Assembly (NCBI GenBank): GCA_964581035.1
Contig: CAZOLO010000001.1
Coordinates: 7,190-71,189 of the forward strand
Length of the DNA stretch: 64,000 nucleotides
DNA from: an uncultured Candidatus Saccharibacteria bacterium
GTDB lineage: Bacteria > Patescibacteriota > Minisyncoccia > Phycocordibacterales > CSBR16-119
Direction: 5' to 3'
This document shows, in pieces, positions 38,047 through 47,600 of this stretch. How positions within the stretch are numbered: the first letter of the stretch is position 1; each line of letters starts with the position of its first letter. The notes below the pieces were generated by a model. The model saw only the letters and a program-made list of their open reading frames with translations. It made no database searches and was not told the DNA's origin. The position numbers and the translations under genes are program-made.

Positions 38047-39243
38047 ATGAAAGATAAACAAATTGAGAAACTCCTAAAAAGTGAAAAGGCAAGACAGAAG
38101 AAAGTTATAAACCTTGTCGCTTCTGAGAACTACGTATCCAAAGATGTTATGGAGGCTCTAGGGTCCGAATTTACAAACAAGTATTCAGAAGGGTACTCAG
38201 GCGCAAGATACTATGGAGGTAACGAATTTATGGACAAGGTTGAAGATTTAGCACAAGAGCGAGCGCTGAAATTATTTAAACTATCAAAATCAAAATGGCA
38301 CGTGAATGTTCAGGCCCTTTCTGGGGCCCCAGCCAACATGGCTGTTTTCTCTGCTATCGTTCCATACGGAGCGAAGATTATGGGTATGACGCTGGATTCT
38401 GGTGGACATCTTTCTCATGGGTATAAAGTTTCAATAACAGGAAAGATGTGGAAGCAGGTTCCATACTCAGTAGATCCAGATACAGAAAAATTAAATTACG
38501 ATGCAATAATGAGAATTGCACTAAAGGAAAAACCAAAGATGATTGTCGCTGGTTTCTCTGCATATTCAAGAAAGGTTAATTGGAAGAAATTTCGAGAAAT
38601 CGCAGATGCTTGTGGGTCGATTCTAATGGTAGACATGGCACATATTGCAGGGCTTGTTGCCGGTGGGGCACACTCGAGCCCATTCCTACATGCTGATTTG
38701 GTGACAACAACGGTTCACAAAACTCTTCGTGGTCCAAGAGCAGCTCTTATTTTTTCTAGAAAAGATAAATCAGATTATTCAGAAAAAATAGACAAATCTG
38801 TTTTTCCTGGTATGCAGGGTGGACCACACATGAATCAAGTTTTAGCTACAGCTGTTGCCTTGGGCGAGGCTATGAAGTCAGACTTTAAAAAGTATGCTGA
38901 ACAAACTATTAAAAATGCAAAGGCTCTTAGTGATGAATTAAAGAATTTAGGCTGGAGAATTGTTTCCGGTGGAACTGATAACCATATAGTTTTGGTGGAT
39001 GTTTGGAGTACTTTAAATATTGGTGGTAAAGAGGTGAGTGAGGTGCTGGAGAGAAATAATATAATTGTAAACAAAAACCAAATACCCTATGACACAAAAA
39101 GTCCGGTCAACCCTTCTGGTGTTAGGCTTGGATCCCCAGCAGAAACTACACGAGGAAAAAAAGAAAAGGATTTTGCGGCTATAGCAAAAAAGATTGATAA
39201 GGTTTTAAGAGACTATGCTGATAAAAATAAAAAAACTTCATAA
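38047..39243 (+). CDS. glyA: serine hydroxymethyltransferase
   Basis: LVASENY, NKYSEGY, GGHLSHG, HKTLRGPR, FPGMQGGP. Confidence 0.96.
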   Translation: MKDKQIEKLLKSEKARQKKVINLVASENYVSKDVMEALGSEFTNKYSEGYSGARYYGGNEFMDKVEDLAQERALKLFKLSKSKWHVNVQALSGAPANMAVFSAIVPYGAKIMGMTLDSGGHLSHGYKVSITGKMWKQVPYSVDPDTEKLNYDAIMRIALKEKPKMIVAGFSAYSRKVNWKKFREIADACGSILMVDMAHIAGLVAGGAHSSPFLHADLVTTTVHKTLRGPRAALIFSRKDKSDYSEKIDKSVFPGMQGGPHMNQVLATAVALGEAMKSDFKKYAEQTIKNAKALSDELKNLGWRIVSGGTDNHIVLVDVWSTLNIGGKEVSEVLERNNIIVNKNQIPYDTKSPVNPSGVRLGSPAETTRGKKEKDFAAIAKKIDKVLRDYADKNKKTS

Positions 39244-39643
39244 GGAAGCAAAGCTACCAACCTATGGTCACCCTGGTGATGCAGGTATGGATATTTATGC
39301 ATTAGCAGAAACTGCTGTTCCTGCTAATGGAACTAGTAAAATAAAAACAGGAATTGCAATTGAGATCCCAGAAGGCTACGTGGCTCTTTGTTGGGATAAA
39401 TCTGGACTCTCTTTAAATGAAGGAATAAAGGTTATTGGGGGAGTGTTTGACTCAGGGTACAGAGGTGAATACATCGTTGGAGTTTATAATATGAAAGATG
39501 AACCTTTTGTTTTTGGAAAAGGGCAAAAAATTATGCAAGTTCTGGTACAACCCGTTGTGGCTGGAGAGATATTGGAAGTGGATGAATTATCAGAGTCCTC
39601 TGGAAGGGGGGAATCCGGCAGAGGAAGCACTGGGTTACACTAA
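39215..39643 (+). CDS. dut: dUTPase
   Basis: AGMD, DKSGL, GVFDSGYRGE, Q motif, RGESGRGSTG. Confidence 0.93.
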   Translation: MLIKIKKLHKEAKLPTYGHPGDAGMDIYALAETAVPANGTSKIKTGIAIEIPEGYVALCWDKSGLSLNEGIKVIGGVFDSGYRGEYIVGVYNMKDEPFVFGKGQKIMQVLVQPVVAGEILEVDELSESSGRGESGRGSTGLH

Positions 39644-39699
39644 GACTTGCAAAGGCAGGTCTTTTTTATTAATGTAAGAAAAAACATAGATCTTGCAAT

Positions 39700-40263
39700 A
39701 TGTCACATTACTCAAAAATTCTTTTTGATCCAAAAAATAATAAGTTTTGTTTAGAACCTGAAGGTAGGGATAACCCTCCAAATATTACCGATGAGATGTT
39801 AGATACAGCCTCTAGGATACTTAATGTCATTCATAATGTTCTCGGTATTAAACCTGAAGACGTTCTGATAAAGACTAGAAAAAGAGAGATCACTGAGGCT
39901 AGGTATAACTTTTTTGCAATGATGAGATTCTCATTTTCAAAACTCTCATATCAAGAAATAGGGGCCTTTGTAGAAGGAAAGAAAAGTTCTATTGGCATGG
40001 ATCATTCTAGTGTTCATCATGCTGAAATAACTCACAATAATAATTGTGATACTGACTCTCAATATAGAATAAGGGCAAAAGCCATAGAAGATATCTTCAA
40101 AGAAAATGTTCTCCCTGAAGAAGCTCTTCTAAATAGGACTTTCTCTTTCAAGGAGATGAAGGAGGTTCTAATAAGAAATGGTGTACCTAGACCATTTTTC
40201 TCTAGAGAAATGTTTCCTGAGAAATTTGCCATGAAGGTAAAAACATCAGTCAATGAATTATGA
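39700..40263 (+). CDS. stand-alone DnaA domain IV (HTH)-like protein, paralogue 1
   Basis: KTRKREITEAR...LSYQEIG...DHSSVHHA resembles the DnaA C-terminal signature; no AAA+ domain. Confidence 0.7.
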   Translation: MSHYSKILFDPKNNKFCLEPEGRDNPPNITDEMLDTASRILNVIHNVLGIKPEDVLIKTRKREITEARYNFFAMMRFSFSKLSYQEIGAFVEGKKSSIGMDHSSVHHAEITHNNNCDTDSQYRIRAKAIEDIFKENVLPEEALLNRTFSFKEMKEVLIRNGVPRPFFSREMFPEKFAMKVKTSVNEL

Positions 40264-40325
40264 TTAAAGACTTGCAAATGCAAGTTTTTTTTATTAATGT
40301 TGATTAAATTCATAATTATTTGAAA

Positions 40326-40997
40326 ATGTCGAAGAAAAAATTAAACCTAAGATTTCCTGTAATTGAGTATGATTCAGTTAAAAAGGAGTTTATATGGGAG
40401 ACTGTTAAGTCTAGAAGAATTACTAAAGATATCCTTTCTTCAGCACTGAGTCTACTTAATCTTATTTCTGAGATTTCAGATGTTGATGTTGAGGATCTAT
40501 TAAAGACAGGTAGAGAGAGAAGATTTGTTTATGGCAGAAATATTTTCATAGCCTTGATGCGAAAAAGATATCCTGAGATTAGCTATTCAGATATCGGCTC
40601 TTTTTTTGAAGGGGAAACTCTTAATCTTTCAAAGGATCATGCTTCAGTCATTCATGGCCGAAGAACCCACCATCAGCTTCTGAAGAAGAAGATCTGGTAC
40701 AAAGAGAGGTCTCAAAAGATAAGACTTACTTGGGAGCAGGGGTGGCTTACAGATGAAGAAATAGGAAGTCAAAAGTTTTCTATGGACGAGCTGAGGTCTA
40801 TCTTGGAAGGAAATGGTATTGAGTTTTTTGGTGCGAAAAATATACCCACTTCAGAGGAGAAGGAGGATCTACGGTTTAAACCAAAAGAAATTAGAAACCT
40901 TTTAAGGGGTAATGGTGTAATGAATCCTTTGATCACAAAAGGAATGTTGCCCTCAAGGTTTCTTTATGAACCCAAAGGGTTAGAGACGGTCACTTAG
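40326..40997 (+). CDS. stand-alone DnaA domain IV (HTH)-like protein, paralogue 2
   Basis: GRERRFVYGR...ISYSDIG...KDHASVIHG; same architecture as the neighbour. Confidence 0.7.
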   Translation: MSKKKLNLRFPVIEYDSVKKEFIWETVKSRRITKDILSSALSLLNLISEISDVDVEDLLKTGRERRFVYGRNIFIALMRKRYPEISYSDIGSFFEGETLNLSKDHASVIHGRRTHHQLLKKKIWYKERSQKIRLTWEQGWLTDEEIGSQKFSMDELRSILEGNGIEFFGAKNIPTSEEKEDLRFKPKEIRNLLRGNGVMNPLITKGMLPSRFLYEPKGLETVT

Positions 40998-41039
40998 TTG
41001 GCCGTTTTTTTTATGCTCAGATCGTGATAAAGTAGCAGT

Positions 41040-42716
41040 ATGATAAAAGCATTATTGCAAAAAGAGATTAGCAGAGTAGTGTCTGATATTGGTCTTGAAA
41101 GTGTTCCGGTTGAGCTTTCTCACCCAGCTGATTTTTCTCATGGAGACTATGCTGCAAACACCGCCATGATTCTGGCAAAGAAAGCTGGTAAGAACCCTAT
41201 TGAAGTTGCCGGAGAAATTGTTAATGCTTTAAAAGAAAAAAAGATTGATTTTGTTTCAAAAATAGAAATAGCTGGTCCTGGTTTTATTAATTTTACACTT
41301 ACTCCTGAGTTTTTTGTAAAAGAGACAAAGGAGATTGTCTCAGTGGGGGAGAAGTATGGAGAATCAGAGATACACATAGGAAAGAAGATTCTTGTAGAGC
41401 ACTCAAGTCCCAACTTATTTAAACCTTTTCATATAGGTCATGTTATGAACAATGCTATTGGAGAGTCTATTTCTCGATTGGCAAAGTTCTCTGGAGCTGA
41501 TACAACTGTAATATCATTTCCTTCTGATATTTCTCTTGGTGTAGCTAAAGCGATATTTATTTTACTTGAAGAAGAGGGGGAGAGTTTCATTCCAACAGAT
41601 GTTGCTGTTCTTGGTGATGCATATGTTAAGGGGACAAAGCGATATGAAGAAGATGAATCAGTGCATTTAAGAATAAAGGAGATTGCTGACAATCTATATA
41701 GCAGGAGAGACTCTCCAGAACTAAGAATTTTTGATATATGTAAAAAATTTAATATTGAATACTTTGAAAAAGTTTTAGATAGACTGGGTACAAAAATTGA
41801 TGCATATATATATGAGAGTGAGGCGGGAATAGCTGGTGTTAATCTGGTGGGAGTAAACAAAGATATTTTTACTCAGAGCGACGGAGCTATTGTGTATATC
41901 CCAAGTGAAGATGATAAACACTTAAATACTGCGGTATTTATAAATAGCCAGGGAAATCCAACCTACGAAGCAAAAGACTTAGGTCTTTTGAAATTAAAGT
42001 TTGAGAAATATTCACCAGACTTATCTATCTTCATGACAGACAATCAGCAGATTTCTCACTTTAATGTTGTGTTAGATGCTGCAAAAAAAATAAACCCAGA
42101 GTGGTCAGAAAAAAGCATTCACCGATATCATGGAAGAATGAGTTTTCAAGGAAATAAGATGTCTTCTAGGCTTGGAGGAGTGCCTCTTGCTTCTGACCTT
42201 CTAGATGGTATTCATGAGGAAGTAAATGAGAAGAATAAAGAGGCCGATGAAAAACTGAAAGATCAGATTGCTATTGCCGCCCTGAAATTTACAATTCTAA
42301 AATCTCAAGCAGGTAAAAATATAAACTTTGATCCAGAGACTGATCTATCTTTTGAAGGGGATACTGGGCCATATATTCAATATACTATTGCTAGATGTAA
42401 TTCTGTTTTAGGAAAAGCTAATACCGAAGGTATTAAAGAGTCATTTGAAAAATCAGGAGAGGTGACAGACCTAGAAAGACTACTGTATAGATTCCCGGAG
42501 GTGGTTGAGTCATCTGCGAAAGAATGGGCGCCCCATCACTTGGTGAATTATGGGCTAGAACTTGCTAGAGCTTTCAATAGTTTCTATGGAAACACAAAAT
42601 TAATAGATAAAGATAATCTAGAAACTGGATATAATTTATCGCTAGTAAAGGCAACATCACAGGTTTTGAAAAACACACTTCAAATTCTAGGCATAGAAAG
42701 CCCAGAAAAGATGTAA
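41040..42716 (+). CDS. argS: arginine--tRNA ligase
   Basis: GDYA, AGPGFIN, EHSSPN, HIGH, KMSSR, GDTGPYIQY, PEKM. Confidence 0.96.
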   Translation: MIKALLQKEISRVVSDIGLESVPVELSHPADFSHGDYAANTAMILAKKAGKNPIEVAGEIVNALKEKKIDFVSKIEIAGPGFINFTLTPEFFVKETKEIVSVGEKYGESEIHIGKKILVEHSSPNLFKPFHIGHVMNNAIGESISRLAKFSGADTTVISFPSDISLGVAKAIFILLEEEGESFIPTDVAVLGDAYVKGTKRYEEDESVHLRIKEIADNLYSRRDSPELRIFDICKKFNIEYFEKVLDRLGTKIDAYIYESEAGIAGVNLVGVNKDIFTQSDGAIVYIPSEDDKHLNTAVFINSQGNPTYEAKDLGLLKLKFEKYSPDLSIFMTDNQQISHFNVVLDAAKKINPEWSEKSIHRYHGRMSFQGNKMSSRLGGVPLASDLLDGIHEEVNEKNKEADEKLKDQIAIAALKFTILKSQAGKNINFDPETDLSFEGDTGPYIQYTIARCNSVLGKANTEGIKESFEKSGEVTDLERLLYRFPEVVESSAKEWAPHHLVNYGLELARAFNSFYGNTKLIDKDNLETGYNLSLVKATSQVLKNTLQILGIESPEKM

Positions 42717-42760
42717 AGAAAAGGTTAAATTTGAATTAACCTTTTCTTTTTATAATCTAT

Positions 42761-43303
42761 TTGATAGAGTCATTTAAAAGAGAACTTATGGAGAAAGAGA
42801 TAATTGATTGTCTAGATTTTGGAGATATATTTGAAATGAATCCACACGGTGATCTGGATACCACAGATAATATTGAATCATTGTTTGCCCATCTTACAGA
42901 AGAGGGTAAATATGATTTACCTCCCAGAACCAAGATCAAGGTCTGGGGGTCAAACGTTAATTGGTCTAGTAAAGAAAATCCTTTTAGGTATAGTTTTGAA
43001 ATGGTTAGAACCCTGGGTCATCTCAAGAGATACTATCTTTCATGGAGCCATATTATTGAGGAATTCAATATTGAGAAGTATTATGATGGACAAGAATGGA
43101 AGATGGCACTTCTTGAGAAAGAAGGGGAAAGACGGACAGCTTTTGGTTTAATGAGAATGATTGGTGACTATAACCGCGCAACTCAATTGGAAGAAGATCA
43201 CAAAAAAGATCTCAAGGAAGCTTACGGTGATAAGAAAAAAATTGAGAAGATTGAGAAAGATTTTAAGAATCGCACTAGTAATCAAATGATGATTATTGGA
43301 TAA
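42761..43303 (+). CDS. hypothetical protein
   Basis: About 170-180 aa ORF with terminator at about 43303-43322; start uncertain. Confidence 0.6.
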   Translation: MIESFKRELMEKEIIDCLDFGDIFEMNPHGDLDTTDNIESLFAHLTEEGKYDLPPRTKIKVWGSNVNWSSKENPFRYSFEMVRTLGHLKRYYLSWSHIIEEFNIEKYYDGQEWKMALLEKEGERRTAFGLMRMIGDYNRATQLEEDHKKDLKEAYGDKKKIEKIEKDFKNRTSNQMMIIG

Positions 43304-43414
43304 AGCCCTTACGGGCTTTTTTAGTTTTTATATTCAGAATAGGTCTATATTGAAGGTGTTGACACATAAAAATCAAGATGCTATCCTATCGACCTAACTA
43401 AATTTGTACATTAC

Positions 43415-43930
43415 ATGAAGAATTTTAAAGTAGAAGACCTTTTTGGCAATAATCCAGAAGGCAGCCTTTGGGCAGAGTTATTAGCTGTCACAGACAATGA
43501 GGTAGCCAAGATGACCCTTGGTTCACCTGCAGTAGCTGATCACGAAACAGTGGTTGGTGACCTTTCTCTGATTGAGAAAAAACTCATTTTCCTTAACAGG
43601 AAAAAGAAAGATTGGATCAATGCATTGGTTAAAAAATCAGAAAAAGAAAATCTTGATGAGAAAGGTCTTGAGGCTCTCGTAGAAGAGACTCATCCTGTGC
43701 GTCATGATGTTGACGTTCTTGACGAGATAGTATGGAATTTGATCAAGATGAGAATTCCCGCTGCGGCAAGAACTTGCTCAGGTGTCGGATTTCGTGAAGG
43801 CGGGGTGATTGTGACCGGAGTTAAAAGCCAAGAGGAAATGCTCCTTCAAGAGTTTGGGGGAATGCTTTCCGCGATAATTTTCGGGGAAAGAAAAATGAGA
43901 ACAGAGCCAAAAGCGAAAGCTGAAGCTTAA
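43415..43930 (+). CDS. hypothetical protein
   Basis: Own TTGACA-N17-TATCCT promoter (43359-43387) and terminator at about 43955-43981. Confidence 0.7.
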   Translation: MKNFKVEDLFGNNPEGSLWAELLAVTDNEVAKMTLGSPAVADHETVVGDLSLIEKKLIFLNRKKKDWINALVKKSEKENLDEKGLEALVEETHPVRHDVDVLDEIVWNLIKMRIPAAARTCSGVGFREGGVIVTGVKSQEEMLLQEFGGMLSAIIFGERKMRTEPKAKAEA

Positions 43931-44037
43931 CAATACAGGTTTGGTGTGAGTACGAAGGGTGACCGTTGGTCACCCTTTTTTATTTGAACAATTAAATAAA
44001 AAAAGAGCCGCTCAATTGAGCGGCTCTTCATCTTCAT

Positions 44038-44358
44038 TTATTTATTAAGAAACTCAGCTAGACCTGCAAAAGGGGAATCAACATCACCCTCCTTTTTGTC
44101 TGTGTAGGCTACGCGAAATGTTTTGGTTTCATTAAACAGATCTCCAAATACAGCTGTGTCAGCATGTTCAATAACGGGTTTTTCTGGCCACTCTCTCTCC
44201 ATCCATTCTATCTCATTTTTGGCATTCTCTCTTGATGCAACGAAGTGACCTTCTGGAGTGGCGTAGTAGCCGGCACTATTGGGTTTAGGGTTTTCGCGCT
44301 TGGATACTTTGAAAACAAAGTAGTTCCCATTTGCTGTTTGAATCATATTTAGTCTCAT
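44038..44358 (-). CDS. hypothetical protein
   Basis: 106-aa ORF with upstream TTGACA on the minus strand and palindromic terminator 44003-44028. Confidence 0.65.
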   Translation of the reverse strand: MRLNMIQTANGNYFVFKVSKRENPKPNSAGYYATPEGHFVASRENAKNEIEWMEREWPEKPVIEHADTAVFGDLFNETKTFRVAYTDKKEGDVDSPFAGLAEFLNK

Positions 44359-44477
44359 GTGCTAGGGTTTAAATATTTAGCTCACTATATCACAAATAAA
44401 TGTTATGTCAATATAAGAAATATATAGCCTGAGTTGGGCTTTTTTTATTTAACCATTTTGCTATACTCTTATCTACA

Positions 44478-44665
44478 GGCGTTGAAGGGTCTAATCATCC
44501 CAGAGCTTCGGAAAGAAACCCTTTTAGGGGAGTAGAATTCGACGGTTAAGCCCGATATAGCTGTAATGAGGCCAGACCAATAGGTGAGGCGAAACAAGGT
44601 GGTACCACGAGAAGAAGCTCGTCCTTGGGTTATGACATTTGTTGTAATTCACGGACGAGTTTTTT
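44478..44665 (+). ncRNA. T-box riboswitch (Ile specifier, ultrashort stem I, transcriptional terminator)
   Basis: GA-motif GCGTTGA/AGAGC; ATC at 44494-44496; stem II with GAA/AGTA; antiterminator CAAGG-TGGTACC-ACGAG...CTCGT-CCTTG; terminator CTCGTCC...GGACGAG plus T6; upstream of ileS. Confidence 0.9.
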
Positions 44666-44686
44666 AATTAATATATAAATAAAATT

Positions 44687-47600
44687 ATGAGGAATAACGA
44701 AAAAGAAAAATCAGAAGTAGCGCTTCGAGAAGAAGCTGTCTTAAAATTTTGGAAAGAAAATGATATTTTCAAAAAAACGTTAAATAAGCCATCAACAGAA
44801 GGTGAGTTTGTTTTCTATGATGGGCCTCCATATGCAACAGGTCTGCCACACTATGGACACCTTCTTCCTGGAACAATCAAAGACGTAATTCCTAGATACA
44901 AAACAATGAAAGGCTTTTCTGTTCCTCGTCGTTGGGGTTGGGATTGTCATGGATTACCAATTGAAAACTTGATTCAAAAAGAATTGGATCTTCCAACAAA
45001 ACATGATGTTGCGGAATATGGAATAGGAAAGTTCAACGATGCTGCTAGAGCTTCTGTTCTTCGTTATGAAGCTTCTTGGAAGGAATATATTCCAAGAGTG
45101 GGTAGGTTTGTTGATATGGATTATCCATATATGACTATGACACCAGACTTCATGGAAAGTATTTGGTGGGTATTTAAAACACTTCACGATAAAGGTTTGG
45201 TTTATAAAGGGTACAAATCTATGTATGTTTCTCCTCCACTAGAGACCGTACTTTCTAATCAAGAAGTAAACATGGGAGGGTATAAAGATGTCACAGACAT
45301 GTCTGTGACTGCGAAGTTTACATTGAAGGATGGAGGTCATGCTGGTGCGCACATGCTTGCCTGGACAACAACACCATGGACACTTCCAGGAAACGTACTC
45401 TTGGCTGTAGGGTCTGATATTAAATATAATCTAGTTTCTTTGGATGGAGAGAAGTATGTAGTCGGATCGGAATTACTAGAAAAAGTTTTTGAAGGTAAGG
45501 AGTATTCAGTAGAGGGAGAATTAAAAGGGTCCGACTTGGTTGGTTCTACATATGAACCAGTATTTCCATATTATTCTAATCATGAAAATGCATTCCGAGT
45601 AGTGCCTGCTGGTTTTGTAACAACAGAAGACGGAACAGGAATCGTGCACATTGCTCCAGGGTTTGGTCAGGATGATCTAGAGCTTGGACAAAAAGAAAAT
45701 GTAGAACCAATTCAGCATGTCCAGATGGATGGGCACTTTGTGCCAGAGATAAAAAAGGCTTTGGTAGATGAAGGATATGACGTTGCAGATTGGGCCGTTA
45801 GAAATGTTAAAGATCACATGCATGTAGATGTGGAGATTGTGAAGTACTTGGCGCATCATGGAAAGCTTTTTGAAAAGAAAAAATATATTCACAGCTATCC
45901 AATGTGTTGGCGAACAGATTGTCCTTTGATTAATTACGCTACCGATAGTTGGTTTATAGATGTTCAGAAAATAAAAGAGAATTTAATAAAAAATAACAAA
46001 GAAACAAACTGGGTTCCTCAGCATGTTCGTGATGGAAGATTTGGAAAGTGGCTCGAAGATGTTCGTGACTGGTCAGTTTCAAGAAGTAGATTCTGGGGGA
46101 CACCTATTCCTATTTGGCAAAATGAAAATACAAAAGAATATAAAGTTCTTGGGTCTATAGAAGACTTGAGGAAATACTCAGGAGATGCGATCACTAGGGT
46201 TGTATTTGTTAGACATGGAGAGAGTATTAAGAATGTTGAAAATAGAATGAGTAGTGCAATTGATAAGCATCCTCTAACAGAAAAAGGGGATAAGGTTGCT
46301 CATGAGGCTGGAGAAAAATTGAAAGATTTTAATGTTGATGTGATCTACTCATCTCCAGTTCTTAGAGCTAAGCAAACTGCAGAAATAATTGGGGGGTCTC
46401 TAAACATGGACGTTGTCTTTGATGAAGACATTATAGAGATCTCGAGCGGAGAATGGGAGGAAAAAACAATAAATGAAATAAGTGATTTTGATGAGCGTGC
46501 GGATTATTTGAACATGTCTATTGAGGACAGGTATAAAGCAAAGAGAGGAAAGACTGGAGAGTCTTGGGAGGATGTAGAAAAAAGACTGAAACGATTCTTA
46601 GATAGAGTTCAAAAAGAACATCAGGGAAAAACAATTGTTGTGGTTTCTCATATGGGGACAAATACTATGGGTATGAAGATATTAAAAAGTTTAACCAATC
46701 ATCAGGTTGATGCTATCTATACAAACCCTAGATTTACTAGCCATGCTACACCTGTTTCTATTCATACATATTCTGAGACGGGATTAGAGGTGGATCTACA
46801 TCGTCCATTTATAGACGATATTAAGCTTGTAGATGAGGACGGCTCAAACCTAAAGAGGGTAGAAGATGTATTCGATGTGTGGTTTGACTCAGGGTCTATG
46901 CCATATGCTCAGCAACACTTTATGGGAGGCAAAGATATGCCAGATAGATTCCCGGCTGACTTTATTGCAGAAGGGCAGGATCAGACTCGCGGATGGTTCT
47001 ACGTACTTTCTGTTTTAGGTACAGCTTTGTTTGACAAGTTTCCATTTAAGGAGGTTATTGTAAACGGAATGGTCTTAGCAGAAGATGGGAAGAAAATGTC
47101 AAAGAGATTAAAAAACTATCCAGAAATTGATGTCGTTTTGAATAAATATGGAGCTGATGCTCTTAGGTTATTCTTAATGGCTTCTCCGGCTGTTCATGCA
47201 GAAGATGTTAACTTTGTAGAAAAAACAGTTAGCGAGGTTCAAAGCAAAGTCCTAGGTAGGCTTCGAAATGTGGTTGAGTTCTACAAGATGTATGAAAAAG
47301 GAGAAGATGCAAAAAATGATAGTAAAAATATTTTAGACCAATGGATCTTATCTCGACTATCTGAAACTCAAACAGAGATGGAAAAAGGTCTTGAGGGATA
47401 TGAAATAGATAAAGGAGCAAGACCTATATTTGATTTTGTGGATGATTTGTCTACATGGTATGTACGAAGAAGTAGAGATAGGTTTAAAGGAGAAGGGGAA
47501 GATAAAAAATCTTCAATAGAGACAACCCGATTTGTGCTTAGAGAATTCTCAAAATTAATTGCTCCATATATTCCATTTGTAGCAGAAGAAGTTTATAAAG

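Noticed and set aside
39700-40997. Split or pseudogenised dnaA and nearby oriC
   Set aside because: No AAA+ fragments, dnaN or DnaA-box cluster seen; both ORFs are intact with their own promoter-like elements
46190-46790. Intein or intron in ileS
   Set aside because: No Cys/Ser start, His-Asn end or LAGLIDADG motif; the insert has histidine-phosphatase motifs
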